From NCBI GenBank assembly GCA_027315135.1, contig DAHUYR010000021.1, positions 1-55,750 on the forward strand: DNA of 55,750 nucleotides, in the 5' to 3' direction. The notes below the pieces were generated by a model, which saw nothing but the letters and a program-made list of their open reading frames with translations, searched no databases and was not told the origin of the DNA. How positions within the stretch are numbered: position 1 is the stretch's first letter; every line of letters starts with the position of its first letter. The translations under genes were made by a program, and so were the position numbers. This DNA is from Candidatus Micrarchaeota archaeon (GTDB lineage: Archaea; Micrarchaeota; Micrarchaeia; Micrarchaeales; CABMGC01). Of this stretch, positions 45,396-55,269 are shown piece after piece.

Positions 45396-47236
45396 TGCAG
45401 TTTAACTATAAGGAGCTTGGATTCAAGTGCGGACTTGAGATACATCAAAGGCTGGATACCAGCACGAAGCTATTCTGCAGATGCAGCACCGGCCAGGAAA
45501 CAGCCGAACCGATAATGAGTGTAGAAAGATACCAGCGCGCTGTTGCAGGAGAAACAGGCCATGTGGACAGATCAACCAGTTTCGAAAGTGGCAGGAAGAG
45601 GGAATTTAAGTACCGCGTCTTTAGGAATACGACCTGTCTTGTAGACATGGATGAGGAGCCTCCGCATCACGCAAGCCAGGAAGCGTTAGAGACCGCGTTA
45701 CGTATAGCTGCTTACCTAGATGCAAGCGTCCCTGATGAGATAGAGCCAATGAGGAAGGAGGTGGTAGACGGGAGCAATCCCAGCGCCTTCCAGAGAAGCA
45801 TGATGATAGGATACGGCGGAATGCTGAAGTTCGGCAAGGGTTCGATAGAGATACCTTCGATATTTCTTGAGGAGGAATCAAGCGGCATAGAGGACGCAAA
45901 AGGTGAGTTCGCTGTTTACAGAACCGACAGGCTTGGTATACCTTTGATAGAGGTAGACACCTCACCTGCAATATCAAATCCGAAAGAGGCTAAGGAGATT
46001 GCAATGCAGATAGGCCTTCTCTTAAGGCTGAGCGGCAAGGTCCAAAGAGGCATAGGTTCCATAAGGCAGGATGTGAACGTCTCGATAAAAAGAGGAACAC
46101 GGGTAGAGGTAAAAGGCCTTCAGGAGCTCGACAGGATGGATGCGATAATAGAAAAGGAAGTGGAGAGGCAGGTAAACCTTGCAGATATTGCTGACGAACT
46201 CAGGGAAAAGAAGGCGTCAGTCGGAAGCCCTATCGACATTACAAAAATATTCAAGGGCACGCAATCCCAGATAATCGGGAATGAACTGAAGAAAAATGGC
46301 GTTGTGCTCGGCACAAGACTTGCAAAGTTCAAGGGAGTGGTCGGCAGGGAGATAAACGAGGGCAAGCGCCTCGGAACAGAGATAAGCGATTATGCAAAGA
46401 AGGCAGGAGTAAAAGGGATAATCCACGGGGACGAGAGCATGGAAAAGTACAGCATATCTGGACATGAGCTGAAGGAACTCGAAAAGGAATTGAAGCTATC
46501 CAATGACGACTCATTCATACTTATAGCGGCTGAAAGATCAGTAGCTGAAAAGGCAATGGAGTATGCCCTGCTGCGTGCAGAACTCTCACTCCAGGGCGTT
46601 CCACCGGAGACAAGGGCTGCGGAGCCTAACTCTGACACGACGCGGTTCATGCGCCCTCTGCCAGGCGGGTCAAGGATGTATCCTGAAACAGACATATTGC
46701 CGATAAATCCTGATAAGGATGCATACGCACGAATGGTTAAGAACAAGCTGAGCGCAGAGGAGATAAGGAAGGATCTTGAAGCAGACATAGGGAACAGGCA
46801 GCTTGCGGAGCAGATGCTATGGTCCTATACTTATCAATCCTATCTCTTCCTCAGAGAGAATACTACTGTGCAGCCTAATCTGATAGCATCAATACTTCTT
46901 GAGAAATTCACCGAGCTCCGCAGGAAGGGAATAGCTATAGACGAGATCAGCAACGAAGCCCTTCAATCAATATTTGACAACTACTCCAAAAGCAGGATAA
47001 CTAAGTTAGGGATAGAGGAGCTCCTGAAGCTAGTTCCGAAGTCCAAAGCAGAGGTAAGCGGTTATATAAAAGAAAAGAGCCTATCAAGGTTAAGTGGGAA
47101 GGAAGTGGAAAAACTAGTGCGCGACAACAAAGGTCAGAGTGCGGAAGAGACAAGAGACAGAATAATGACAAAGCACAGGCTTAATGTTGACGGCGCAGAG
47201 CTGAACATTGCAATAAGGAAGATATTTGGTGAGTGA
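45392..47236 (+). CDS. gatE: Glutamyl-tRNA(Gln) amidotransferase subunit E
   Basis: GFKCGLEIHQRLDT start, GatB/E core, AspRS-like insertion and a C-terminal YqeY-like tail. Confidence 0.92.
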   Translation: MMQFNYKELGFKCGLEIHQRLDTSTKLFCRCSTGQETAEPIMSVERYQRAVAGETGHVDRSTSFESGRKREFKYRVFRNTTCLVDMDEEPPHHASQEALETALRIAAYLDASVPDEIEPMRKEVVDGSNPSAFQRSMMIGYGGMLKFGKGSIEIPSIFLEEESSGIEDAKGEFAVYRTDRLGIPLIEVDTSPAISNPKEAKEIAMQIGLLLRLSGKVQRGIGSIRQDVNVSIKRGTRVEVKGLQELDRMDAIIEKEVERQVNLADIADELREKKASVGSPIDITKIFKGTQSQIIGNELKKNGVVLGTRLAKFKGVVGREINEGKRLGTEISDYAKKAGVKGIIHGDESMEKYSISGHELKELEKELKLSNDDSFILIAAERSVAEKAMEYALLRAELSLQGVPPETRAAEPNSDTTRFMRPLPGGSRMYPETDILPINPDKDAYARMVKNKLSAEEIRKDLEADIGNRQLAEQMLWSYTYQSYLFLRENTTVQPNLIASILLEKFTELRRKGIAIDEISNEALQSIFDNYSKSRITKLGIEELLKLVPKSKAEVSGYIKEKSLSRLSGKEVEKLVRDNKGQSAEETRDRIMTKHRLNVDGAELNIAIRKIFGE

Positions 47237-47932
47237 ATGAACTATGAGATTGTTGGAAGCAATATGCAGTACCTGAAGGTCAAGCTAAAGAAGGGGGAGA
47301 AATTCTACGGTGATTCTGGAAATTTTGTAAGCAAGTCGGATAGCGCAGTCATGGAACCCAAACTTGCAGGAGGGATAATGAGCGCCCTAGAAAGGAAATG
47401 GACAGGCGCAACTATGATGCTTACTGAATTCAGCGCAAAGACCGGGGATGCCACTGTGACAATATCAGGCATATATCCTGGAAAAATATATGCAATAAAG
47501 CTTGAGGAAGGAGAATCGTTTGTAGCAGAGCATTACGCCTTCCTCGCTGCGGATGAGACAGTAAAGATAACTATGGAAGCTGTCAACCTTGGCGCAGCTT
47601 TCTTCGGCGGAGAAGGACTGCTCTTCCAGAAATTCGTAGGTCCTGGAGTAGTCGCCATACATGTCGTAGGTGATATAATAGAGTACCAGCTGGATGGAAC
47701 ATCTGACATGGAGATAGATCCTGGACATCTTGCAGGTTTTGATAGCGGAATAAGCTACAAGATAAAGTTCGTAGACAATGTAAAGACTGCAATGTTCGGC
47801 GGCGTCGGTCTCTTCATGGCGACAATGAGTGGAAAAGGAAGAGTGATAACGCACAGCGTTTCAAGGCACAAGCTTACTTACGCTATATATAACGACGGCC
47901 TGGCGCAGGCTCAGAAAAACAAGAAGGGTTAA
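47237..47932 (+). CDS. AIM24/DUF124 (TIGR00266-type) family protein
   Basis: MNYEIVGSNMQYLKVKLKKGEKFYGDSGNFVS... with a repeated beta-rich pattern and GEGLLFQKF.G.G.V, typical of this family. Confidence 0.75.
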   Translation: MNYEIVGSNMQYLKVKLKKGEKFYGDSGNFVSKSDSAVMEPKLAGGIMSALERKWTGATMMLTEFSAKTGDATVTISGIYPGKIYAIKLEEGESFVAEHYAFLAADETVKITMEAVNLGAAFFGGEGLLFQKFVGPGVVAIHVVGDIIEYQLDGTSDMEIDPGHLAGFDSGISYKIKFVDNVKTAMFGGVGLFMATMSGKGRVITHSVSRHKLTYAIYNDGLAQAQKNKKG

Positions 47933-47933
47933 G

Positions 47934-48449
47934 ATGCAAAAGTTGCTCTCCACAAAGCACTTTTCAGTAAAGGAGATGTTGTACAGGGTAAAGGGCATAC
48001 GCAGGAAGTACGAGATAATCACCAAAAGCGATACTGTGCTTATAATACCTGTACTTGATGACGGCAGAATACTGATGGAAAAGCAGTGGAGATATCCTGT
48101 TGGCAAGTACATATACGAGCTGCCTGCTGGAACGGTGGACAAGAAGGAGCTGCCAAGGCAAACGGCTATCAGGGAACTCGAAGAAGAAACGGGATACAGG
48201 GCAAAGAGTGTCAGATTCATCTTCAAAGGATATCCAGCTCCTGGGCTGATGGACGAGATGATGTACTTCTATCTCGCAACAGGGTTGAGCAAAGGAAAGA
48301 CTAACATGGACAAGGATGAGGTAATAAGCCTAAAGCCCATAACTGCCAAAAAAGCAATCAGCATGATAAGGAAAGGAGAGATATTCGATACAAAGACAAT
48401 AGCAGCACTTCTATACTATTCAAGCTTCCTGAACACGCGCCTCCTGTAG
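47934..48449 (+). CDS. NUDIX hydrolase (ADP-ribose pyrophosphatase-like)
   Basis: Nudix box ELPAGTVDKKELPRQTAIRELEEETGY. Confidence 0.85.
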   Translation: MQKLLSTKHFSVKEMLYRVKGIRRKYEIITKSDTVLIIPVLDDGRILMEKQWRYPVGKYIYELPAGTVDKKELPRQTAIRELEEETGYRAKSVRFIFKGYPAPGLMDEMMYFYLATGLSKGKTNMDKDEVISLKPITAKKAISMIRKGEIFDTKTIAALLYYSSFLNTRLL

Positions 48450-49096
48450 CTGTCATACCTCTTAAGCTCTCTCCTAAGGCTCCTGTATTCCGGGCATAAG
48501 CGGCACACCTCCTTCCAGAATGCAGCTGAGTGGTTAAGTTCGATAGTATGGGCAAGCTCATGCGCCGCAACATACTCTGCAAGCTTCACAGGCACCATGC
48601 ACATGTATCTGTTGAACCTAAGCTCTTTCCTCGATGAGCAGCTGCCCCATCTGCTGCCTCTGCACATTTTAATACCATTGAATGCTATGCCCTTCTCATT
48701 CGCAATGGAGTTTGCAATGCCTGACATGAGCAGCATGCTTCTCTCTGCAAGCCATCTGTCGGCAAGCCTCTCGGCAGAGTCCTCATCCTTTGCATGGAAT
48801 ATTATTACATCCTTGTTCATCTCGACAGAGCGCATTGCAGATCTGTCTAGCAAGGCAATCAACCTGCCTCCGCCAAACATCATGGAATTAGTATCGAACA
48901 ACCTTGCAGACTCCTTTATGCTCCTATAGTGCTTTTCTATCCAGTTTCTATTCTCACTTATTATCTGCTCCGCCTTTCTGGAATTCTTTGCAGTTACAAC
49001 AAGCACATCACCGCTGAATCTAAGATATGCGTTCTTTATCCTTGGCTTCTCCATGTACCTGAGCTCAATCTCATGCCCGTCAACCAGCACGTCCAT
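48416..49096 (-). CDS. YgjP/DUF45-type zinc metallopeptidase-fold protein
   Basis: HELAHTIELNHSAAFW (HExxH followed by NHS..FW), with family-typical length and N-terminal region. Confidence 0.8.
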   Translation of the reverse strand: MDVLVDGHEIELRYMEKPRIKNAYLRFSGDVLVVTAKNSRKAEQIISENRNWIEKHYRSIKESARLFDTNSMMFGGGRLIALLDRSAMRSVEMNKDVIIFHAKDEDSAERLADRWLAERSMLLMSGIANSIANEKGIAFNGIKMCRGSRWGSCSSRKELRFNRYMCMVPVKLAEYVAAHELAHTIELNHSAAFWKEVCRLCPEYRSLRRELKRYDSYRRRVFRKLE

Positions 49097-49099
49097 TGG

Positions 49100-50845
49100 T
49101 CATTTCGCCCTTTGTATATCATATATCCTGTCGAGCAGGACACGCTCCTCTTCACTGAGAAGCTCCGGTTTTTTGTATCTGAGTACGCTTATGCTTTCGT
49201 CATTCATAAAGGTGTAAAGTACGTCGTTGTCCTTTATCTGCCTCCCGAATGTAATGTCATCTATCGAGATCGCAACGCTCTCTCCCTTCACAACCTGCGC
49301 CTTGTTTATCCCATTGTCCTGCGCCTCTCTTACCCTGCCTACGATATCACCGTTATCCTTCATCAGAAGATATGATGGCTTTATCCTGCCTGCCATGACA
49401 TCCACGCCAAAGACAGCCGGATGCGATATCCTGAAGCATGAATTAGGCAGCACTTTCACCATGCCTGGGAAGGTCACGAAACGTTCATAACCTTCCTTCT
49501 CAAGCGCCTTTTCATTATCCACCCAGACCTTGTAATCGTCTATAAGCTTGTATATTATCTCATCATTTATGACGGTTATCCTTGCAGCTTCGCTCTCCAT
49601 CACAGCTTCCTGTTCAACACTTACGTTGAACGCAAGCACGACGGCACCCATCGGCTCAACCCCGCGCATTGCAAATGCATCAAGAACATCTCGCTTTGTG
49701 ACATTGCCTATATCCTTCTTGCCTATGTTTACGTTTATGGACTTAAGGAGCCTTGTAAGCGCCTCTAAGCTGCCTATGGTATCTGCCTTGAGTATTATGC
49801 CTGATTTGTCTACTTCAAATATCTCAGCAAGCTCCTTGGCAAGCTGGCTCTGGTAATCCAGCGAGCTGGTGGATATAATCTCTGACCCGGACAACGCATC
49901 TTCAAAGCCTGCGCCGCTTATCTTGATTCCGCATGCCGCGCTGGCCATGTCTATGTAGTAAAATTTGGACGAGCTGTCTCGCATCTCGCTAAGCGCCTTT
50001 GGTTTTAGCATGGCTCTTATCTTGCCCTGCCTTATCCCAGCAGGAGTTGCAAATGCAACAGTATCGTTCACCCTCAGCGTGCCATCATACAGTATCACAT
50101 CCAATGTCGTGCCAAGTCCGCGCTCCTCCTTCTTCTCAATTATGCTTCCCTTTCCCGGCTCACTCACATCTATCTCAAGGTTCTTTCCAAGGAACCTCTG
50201 CGCAAGTCCTGCCGTGTACATGAGCAGCTCGGCCATTCCCTCCCCTGTCTTCGCGCTAATCGGTATTATTGATATCTCTCGTGAAGCATCTCTGACTCTA
50301 TCGAAGCGTTCGCTGCTGAACCCGGTCTCGCTCAATGAGCCTATCAGCTCCCAGGTCTTTGTCTCAAGCGCTTCAATGACGCCAGGCTGCTGCTCTGCAA
50401 GCGCCTCAAGGAAGGATTGCTTGCCTGTAGTATGCCATCCTGTTATCAGATCTATCTTGTTCGCTGCTATTATGAACGGAACCTTATATCCTTTAAGTAT
50501 GTCTATGGTTTCATAGGTCTGCGGCTCAAAGTTCTTCGTGATGTCGACAACCACTATCGCAAGGTCAGATACTGCCCCTCCTCTCTTCCTAAGATTGGTG
50601 AAGGCTTCGTGTCCAGGAGTGTCTATGAAGAGCAATCCAGGTATCACTATGGTTGCATTCATCCTGCTCAGCATGCCTTTGCATATCTCCCTTATTACCT
50701 CTGCAGGAACCTCGCTTGCTCCAATGTGCTGCGTTATCCCTCCGGCTTCCTTCCCTGCCATTCTAGTGTTTCTTATCCTGTCAAGCAGCGTCGTCTTTCC
50801 ATGGTCTACATGACCCATCACTGTTATTATCGGTTGCCTTATCAT
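49100..50845 (-). CDS. infB: Translation initiation factor aIF5B (IF-2 homologue)
   Basis: G-domain IRQPIITVMGHVDHGKTTLLDRIR, DTPGHEAF, NKID. Its 581-aa length fits archaeal aIF5B. Confidence 0.92.
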   Translation of the reverse strand: MIRQPIITVMGHVDHGKTTLLDRIRNTRMAGKEAGGITQHIGASEVPAEVIREICKGMLSRMNATIVIPGLLFIDTPGHEAFTNLRKRGGAVSDLAIVVVDITKNFEPQTYETIDILKGYKVPFIIAANKIDLITGWHTTGKQSFLEALAEQQPGVIEALETKTWELIGSLSETGFSSERFDRVRDASREISIIPISAKTGEGMAELLMYTAGLAQRFLGKNLEIDVSEPGKGSIIEKKEERGLGTTLDVILYDGTLRVNDTVAFATPAGIRQGKIRAMLKPKALSEMRDSSSKFYYIDMASAACGIKISGAGFEDALSGSEIISTSSLDYQSQLAKELAEIFEVDKSGIILKADTIGSLEALTRLLKSINVNIGKKDIGNVTKRDVLDAFAMRGVEPMGAVVLAFNVSVEQEAVMESEAARITVINDEIIYKLIDDYKVWVDNEKALEKEGYERFVTFPGMVKVLPNSCFRISHPAVFGVDVMAGRIKPSYLLMKDNGDIVGRVREAQDNGINKAQVVKGESVAISIDDITFGRQIKDNDVLYTFMNDESISVLRYKKPELLSEEERVLLDRIYDIQRAK

Positions 50846-50947
50846 GGAAAATCACCATACCTGAACATAGTACAAGCTACTAAGTTTAAGACAAAATAAT
50901 ATAAATAACCGTGTGCAATAACCTGCTGATACTAATACGTGATAAAT

Positions 50948-51511
50948 ATGGAAAGGGCACTAGTACTGATAAAACCGGACGGAGTGGAACGGGCGTTGAT
51001 AGGCAAGGTGATAGCCCAGTTTGAGGATGCAGGACTGAAGGTAACTGCGCTAAAGATGCTGAAGGCAGGAGATGAACAGGTTGCAAAGCACTATACTGAT
51101 GATGAATCATGGCTACTTTCTGTAGGAAAGAAGACTAAGCAGTCATACATGGACAAGGGCATAACAGTAAAAGAGAGCGAACGCGAGATAGGAATGAGAG
51201 TAAGATCCTTCCTTGTCAATGAACTTACAAGAAGCCCGATAGTCGCTATAGTCCTGGAAGGAAACGCATGTGCGGACGTGGCAAGGAAGATAGCAGGCGC
51301 CACGGAACCTAGGAAAGCAGACCCATATACTATACGTGGAAGATATTCAAACGATACCTACTCTCTGGCAGATAAGAAGCAGAGATCTGTGCGCAACATA
51401 GTTCATGTCTCAGAAGACGGAACAATAGCAGAGAAGGAGATTAAGGTATGGTTCACTGACAATGAGGTGTGCTCATACAAACGTTCTGATGAAGACGTCA
51501 TATATGGATAA
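50948..51511 (+). CDS. ndk: Nucleoside diphosphate kinase with internal insertion
   Basis: MERALVLIKPDGVERALIGKVIAQFEDAGLKV, and later NIVHVSED (active-site His). An extra ~40 aa follow HYTDDE. The ATG at 50948 is preferred over the GTG at 50939. Confidence 0.85.
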   Translation: MERALVLIKPDGVERALIGKVIAQFEDAGLKVTALKMLKAGDEQVAKHYTDDESWLLSVGKKTKQSYMDKGITVKESEREIGMRVRSFLVNELTRSPIVAIVLEGNACADVARKIAGATEPRKADPYTIRGRYSNDTYSLADKKQRSVRNIVHVSEDGTIAEKEIKVWFTDNEVCSYKRSDEDVIYG

Positions 51512-51523
51512 TCAGTTATATGG

Positions 51524-51829
51524 TCAGACCTGCATGTTCAGCCTTGCCTCCTCATCTATCATTTCAGGGCTCCAGGCAGGTTCCCATACTAATTCTATGT
51601 TGACATTTCCTATGCCCTGAATCCTTTCTATTCTCAGCTGCGCATCTGCCAGTATCACGCTTGTTACCGGGCACATCGGGCTTGTCATTGTCATCTTTAT
51701 ATCAACATTGTTCGTAGCATCTATCCTTATCCAGTGGACAAGACCCAGATCTATTATGTTTATTCCTATCTCCGGATCAACGCATCCTTTAAGGGCCTTT
51801 ATGATATCAGCATTGGTTATCTGTGTCAT
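51524..51829 (-). CDS. DUF59/MIP18-family Fe-S cluster assembly protein (SufT-like)
   Basis: IIKALKGCVDPEIGINIIDLGLV...MTMTSPMCPV is the family signature. Confidence 0.85.
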   Translation of the reverse strand: MTQITNADIIKALKGCVDPEIGINIIDLGLVHWIRIDATNNVDIKMTMTSPMCPVTSVILADAQLRIERIQGIGNVNIELVWEPAWSPEMIDEEARLNMQV

Positions 51830-51861
51830 GGTTTAACCTTGCATGGGAAAAGCTATATTCC

Positions 51862-54800
51862 TTATGCTTTGCAGGCAGTTGAGGTCAGCCAAGGGCAATT
51901 GGTGGAGCTGCAGGAGTTGCCGCCAAGATCGCTGTTACCTGAAGGCGAGACTGTCGGGCAGTATATACCATATGTGGTGCCGCTCACGCTGCTGCCTGCC
52001 AATGAGGAAGAGGTTGCGCCGAAGTTTATTCCTGTGGTGGAGTTGCTTATCTTGACGCTTGATATCGTGTCTCCTGCTGACTTGTTCAGAATAATGGCAG
52101 TATCAGTCGCATTAAATATATTGACATCTTTTATAACAGAGCTTCCCGCCCCATTGAGGACTATTCCATTCACCGAGTTTGCAATGGTTGTATTCAGGAC
52201 ATTTGTGTATGTGCCTGAAGATACAATTGCCTGTGTGAAGTTCTTAAGGAAGCAGTTCTCTATCTCTATTCTGCTTGTGTTGTAGATATTCGCAAATATC
52301 CCTCCATTCTCTGCATATATGGTGTGGCCCTCGCAGTTTATGTAAGAGCCGTCAGTAAGTGTTGTCTTGTTGCTGTTGTAAACGCTGAAGCATGTCGTCC
52401 CGTAAGTGTAAAGCATATCATGCGCTATACTATATCCATTGACTGTGTTTATGGCTGTGCAGGAAGGCCTCAGCGCGCTTGCAGGAAGCTCCACAAGCCA
52501 TACGCATCCTGTCTTCGTGAGTCCATGATTCACTCCGTTCAATTCCGCATATATTCCTGAGGATGCCGGGTTGCATGCATAATCATTCGCGTTTGAATTG
52601 GCTGTGTTGTTTGCAACAAGATTATCATTCGAGCTGTCGAACACGAATCCAATGTTCTTATTGTTTGATGCGGTGTTGTTTACGAATACGTTGCGCGTGG
52701 AATTGCCGTATAGATAGAATCCGGTAGCGTTGCTCAGAAGGCTGAATGCAAGATTATTCACCACTGAGGACTGCTTCAGCCTGTATGCCTGCAGGCCGTA
52801 AACCGAATAATTATACGCCTTAACATTCTCAAACACTGAGAGTGATATGTTGTAAAGATTCACAGCAGTGCTTGCATGCAGAAACTCAGAATTGTCCAGC
52901 GTAATCCTCGATGAGTTGTATGCCGAGAATCCATACGGGAAGTTCTCAACATTGCAATTGGCAAGGGTTATATTGGAAACAGAGCTTGCATAAAATGCGC
53001 TTGATGCGCGTGAAGATCCATCATAATTGAGCAGGTGGTTATTGCAGTTTAGATTTATGTTGCTCGCCGCAAACTTAATGCATGTGCCAGTCGGTATGAG
53101 ATTAGTGTTGAGCGAATAATTACCTGCAACGCTAAGAGTCGTGCAGCTGTTGATCGGATAAGCAGCAATTGGCGGAAGAACTCTTGTTGTGCACAGGCCT
53201 GTTGCCCAGTTGCAATCAGACGATCCGCAGGAGACATCCGAAGCGATGAAGCCGCTGCTGTTGTATGAGTTCGAGCTGCAATAAAGGTCAACTTTGTTCC
53301 TCAGGATAGTTCCGTTATGAAGCACGCCTGTTGTGCTTCCATTAGTTGCTAGGCCGTATGTATTGTTGCCGGCATCTATTCTGTTGATAGTGGCAGAGCT
53401 GTTGCCAAGGTATGCTCCATATATGTTGTTGGAATAGTGCGAATCAGTTATGTTGACAAAAGAATCGTTGCTAAGATAAATTCCATAGGTGCCTTTCGAA
53501 TAGCTTACATTGCTGAACTTCAGCTCTGCGCTTCCGTTGAAGTAATTTCCATAAGTGTCATTAGCAAAATTGCAGTTTTCTAAGCTGAAGTTGAATATTT
53601 TGTTGCCGTAGATTCCATAATATGCGTTTATTATGCTCTTCCCGTTGCAGTTAAGTCTGACATTTTGGGAGAGTACTGTGATGCAGGCAGCCTTGTTCCT
53701 TGAAACATTTACATAATATGCAAGGTTGAGGTTTGACTCAAGCTCATACGTTCCTGGGGCGTTCAGAGCTCCGCATGTTGACACCTGGCTGCTTAGATTA
53801 TATGCAGCTGGGGAGAAATCATAATTTGACTTTGTGCATGTGGCAAAGTTACACTGTCTGTTGGAATTGCATCTGGAATTCGAATATGCTCCCGAAGAGC
53901 TGAATGCAGTAATGCCTGCCCCGCAATAGAGATCTACCTGGTTACCCAAGAAGGTATCTCCATAGAACAATGTATTAGAAGAGTATGTGGCAGTGCCATA
54001 ATATACATTGAACTCTATTATGCTATTGGTTATTGAAGTACCGTTGCTTCCTGTTCCTATAAGTATGGCTCCGACAGGATTGGAAGTCCCGTATACTATG
54101 TCATTTGATACTGCCGTGTACGGGCTATTCGATATAGATATGTCGGACATTGTGGAATTTCCAACAGACGAGTTCCTTATTGCAACCTGCGAAGAATTCT
54201 CAAAATATATTCCATATGAGAACCTTGTTACATTGAAACCCTGTATGGAGACGTTTGACGCATTCTCTACTAATATCCCGTAAGTATACGGTGGAGCATC
54301 TATGAATGGGCCGTTACCTGAGAGTTGCACCTTGCTTCCGGTAAGCCTGACATTGTTGCTCTTTATGACTATGCAAGCTCCGCTCGATATATGCGTAAAT
54401 ATGCCTGACTGCACAGTGTAACTTCCAGGAGTGCTTATTACACCGCATGAACTGAGCTGGTAATTCTGCTTAATTGTAGTTGTATAAGTGGTTGTACTAT
54501 GATTCCCACTATTATTGAACAGGAAGAATGCAGCTGCTACAATGGCTATGGCTATAATTGCTGCAATAACAATCCTCATGTTTGCAGCCTTCTGTGCTCC
54601 TCTTTCTCCAAGACCTATTGCATTTGTGTAAGCATTCTCAGCAGATTCCGATACGGCTTCCCCTATGGTCGGTTTAATAATATTAGATTCATCAGGAGAG
54701 GGTGTCTCTTCAATAACGTTATCCTGTGAGGCCTCAGCTTCAGGCTCCTGTTCCTGTTCACCAGAAGGCTGTGCGCTTCCGGCTCCCTGCCCTGCAGGAC

Positions 54801-54990
54801 TAGGACTTTGTGCTGTCCCGGTACCATTCTGTGAAGATCCCTGATCTGCCTGCCCTTTATTCTGTGATGTACTCTGCCCAGTATTCTGCGATGTATTCTG
54901 TCCAGTACTCTGCCCTGTACTCGGTGGAGTATTCTGTTGAGGAGTTGAATCGCTTGAATCATCATAGCTGATAGTGTCTTCGTCAACCAT
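51862..54990 (-). CDS. Type-II-anchored surface protein: disordered Q/S/T/G/N-rich N-terminal tail, one TM, about four right-handed parallel beta-helix (PbH1/NosD-like) modules
   Basis: The N-terminus is low complexity (GQSTGQNTSQNTGQSTSQNKGQ...EQEQEPEAEA). The TM is RIVIAAIIAIAIVAAAFFLF. Repeated N-x-(S/T)-rich ~22-aa beta-helix turns follow. Modules open with C..(I/L)...G.Y and close with Cys-rich motifs. Confidence 0.8.
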   Translation of the reverse strand: MVDEDTISYDDSSDSTPQQNTPPSTGQSTGQNTSQNTGQSTSQNKGQADQGSSQNGTGTAQSPSPAGQGAGSAQPSGEQEQEPEAEASQDNVIEETPSPDESNIIKPTIGEAVSESAENAYTNAIGLGERGAQKAANMRIVIAAIIAIAIVAAAFFLFNNSGNHSTTTYTTTIKQNYQLSSCGVISTPGSYTVQSGIFTHISSGACIVIKSNNVRLTGSKVQLSGNGPFIDAPPYTYGILVENASNVSIQGFNVTRFSYGIYFENSSQVAIRNSSVGNSTMSDISISNSPYTAVSNDIVYGTSNPVGAILIGTGSNGTSITNSIIEFNVYYGTATYSSNTLFYGDTFLGNQVDLYCGAGITAFSSSGAYSNSRCNSNRQCNFATCTKSNYDFSPAAYNLSSQVSTCGALNAPGTYELESNLNLAYYVNVSRNKAACITVLSQNVRLNCNGKSIINAYYGIYGNKIFNFSLENCNFANDTYGNYFNGSAELKFSNVSYSKGTYGIYLSNDSFVNITDSHYSNNIYGAYLGNSSATINRIDAGNNTYGLATNGSTTGVLHNGTILRNKVDLYCSSNSYNSSGFIASDVSCGSSDCNWATGLCTTRVLPPIAAYPINSCTTLSVAGNYSLNTNLIPTGTCIKFAASNINLNCNNHLLNYDGSSRASSAFYASSVSNITLANCNVENFPYGFSAYNSSRITLDNSEFLHASTAVNLYNISLSVFENVKAYNYSVYGLQAYRLKQSSVVNNLAFSLLSNATGFYLYGNSTRNVFVNNTASNNKNIGFVFDSSNDNLVANNTANSNANDYACNPASSGIYAELNGVNHGLTKTGCVWLVELPASALRPSCTAINTVNGYSIAHDMLYTYGTTCFSVYNSNKTTLTDGSYINCEGHTIYAENGGIFANIYNTSRIEIENCFLKNFTQAIVSSGTYTNVLNTTIANSVNGIVLNGAGSSVIKDVNIFNATDTAIILNKSAGDTISSVKISNSTTGINFGATSSSLAGSSVSGTTYGIYCPTVSPSGNSDLGGNSCSSTNCPWLTSTACKA

Positions 54991-55079
54991 TAAACCAATA
55001 TATCCCTAATATCTTCAATATTTATTAATATCGCTGCCAACTGCTTATTGCAAACATGCTCTCAATGCGGAGATGTGTT

Positions 55080-55151
55080 GCCCCGGTAACTCAGTGGCAG
55101 AGTGCCAGTTTCGTAAACTGGAAGCCGAGGGTTCAAATCCCTCTCGGGGCT
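55080..55151 (+). tRNA. tRNA-Thr (anticodon CGU)
   Basis: GCCCCGGTAACTCAGTGGCAGAGTGCCAGTTTCGTAAACTGGAAGCCGAGGGTTCAAATCCCTCTCGGGGCT folds as a cloverleaf. The acceptor stem is 7 bp (one G:U), the anticodon loop is TTCGTAA and the T-loop is TTCAAAT. Confidence 0.9.
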
Positions 55152-55269
55152 TATTCAGGCAAAAAAGTCAGATACGAAGTCATTCAAATCCTCTAAAGAT
55201 GCTATTCCATCGCTGTTAAATCCGCCACTTCTAGAAAACATTATTAGCTGTTGCTGCAATCTTTATAGC

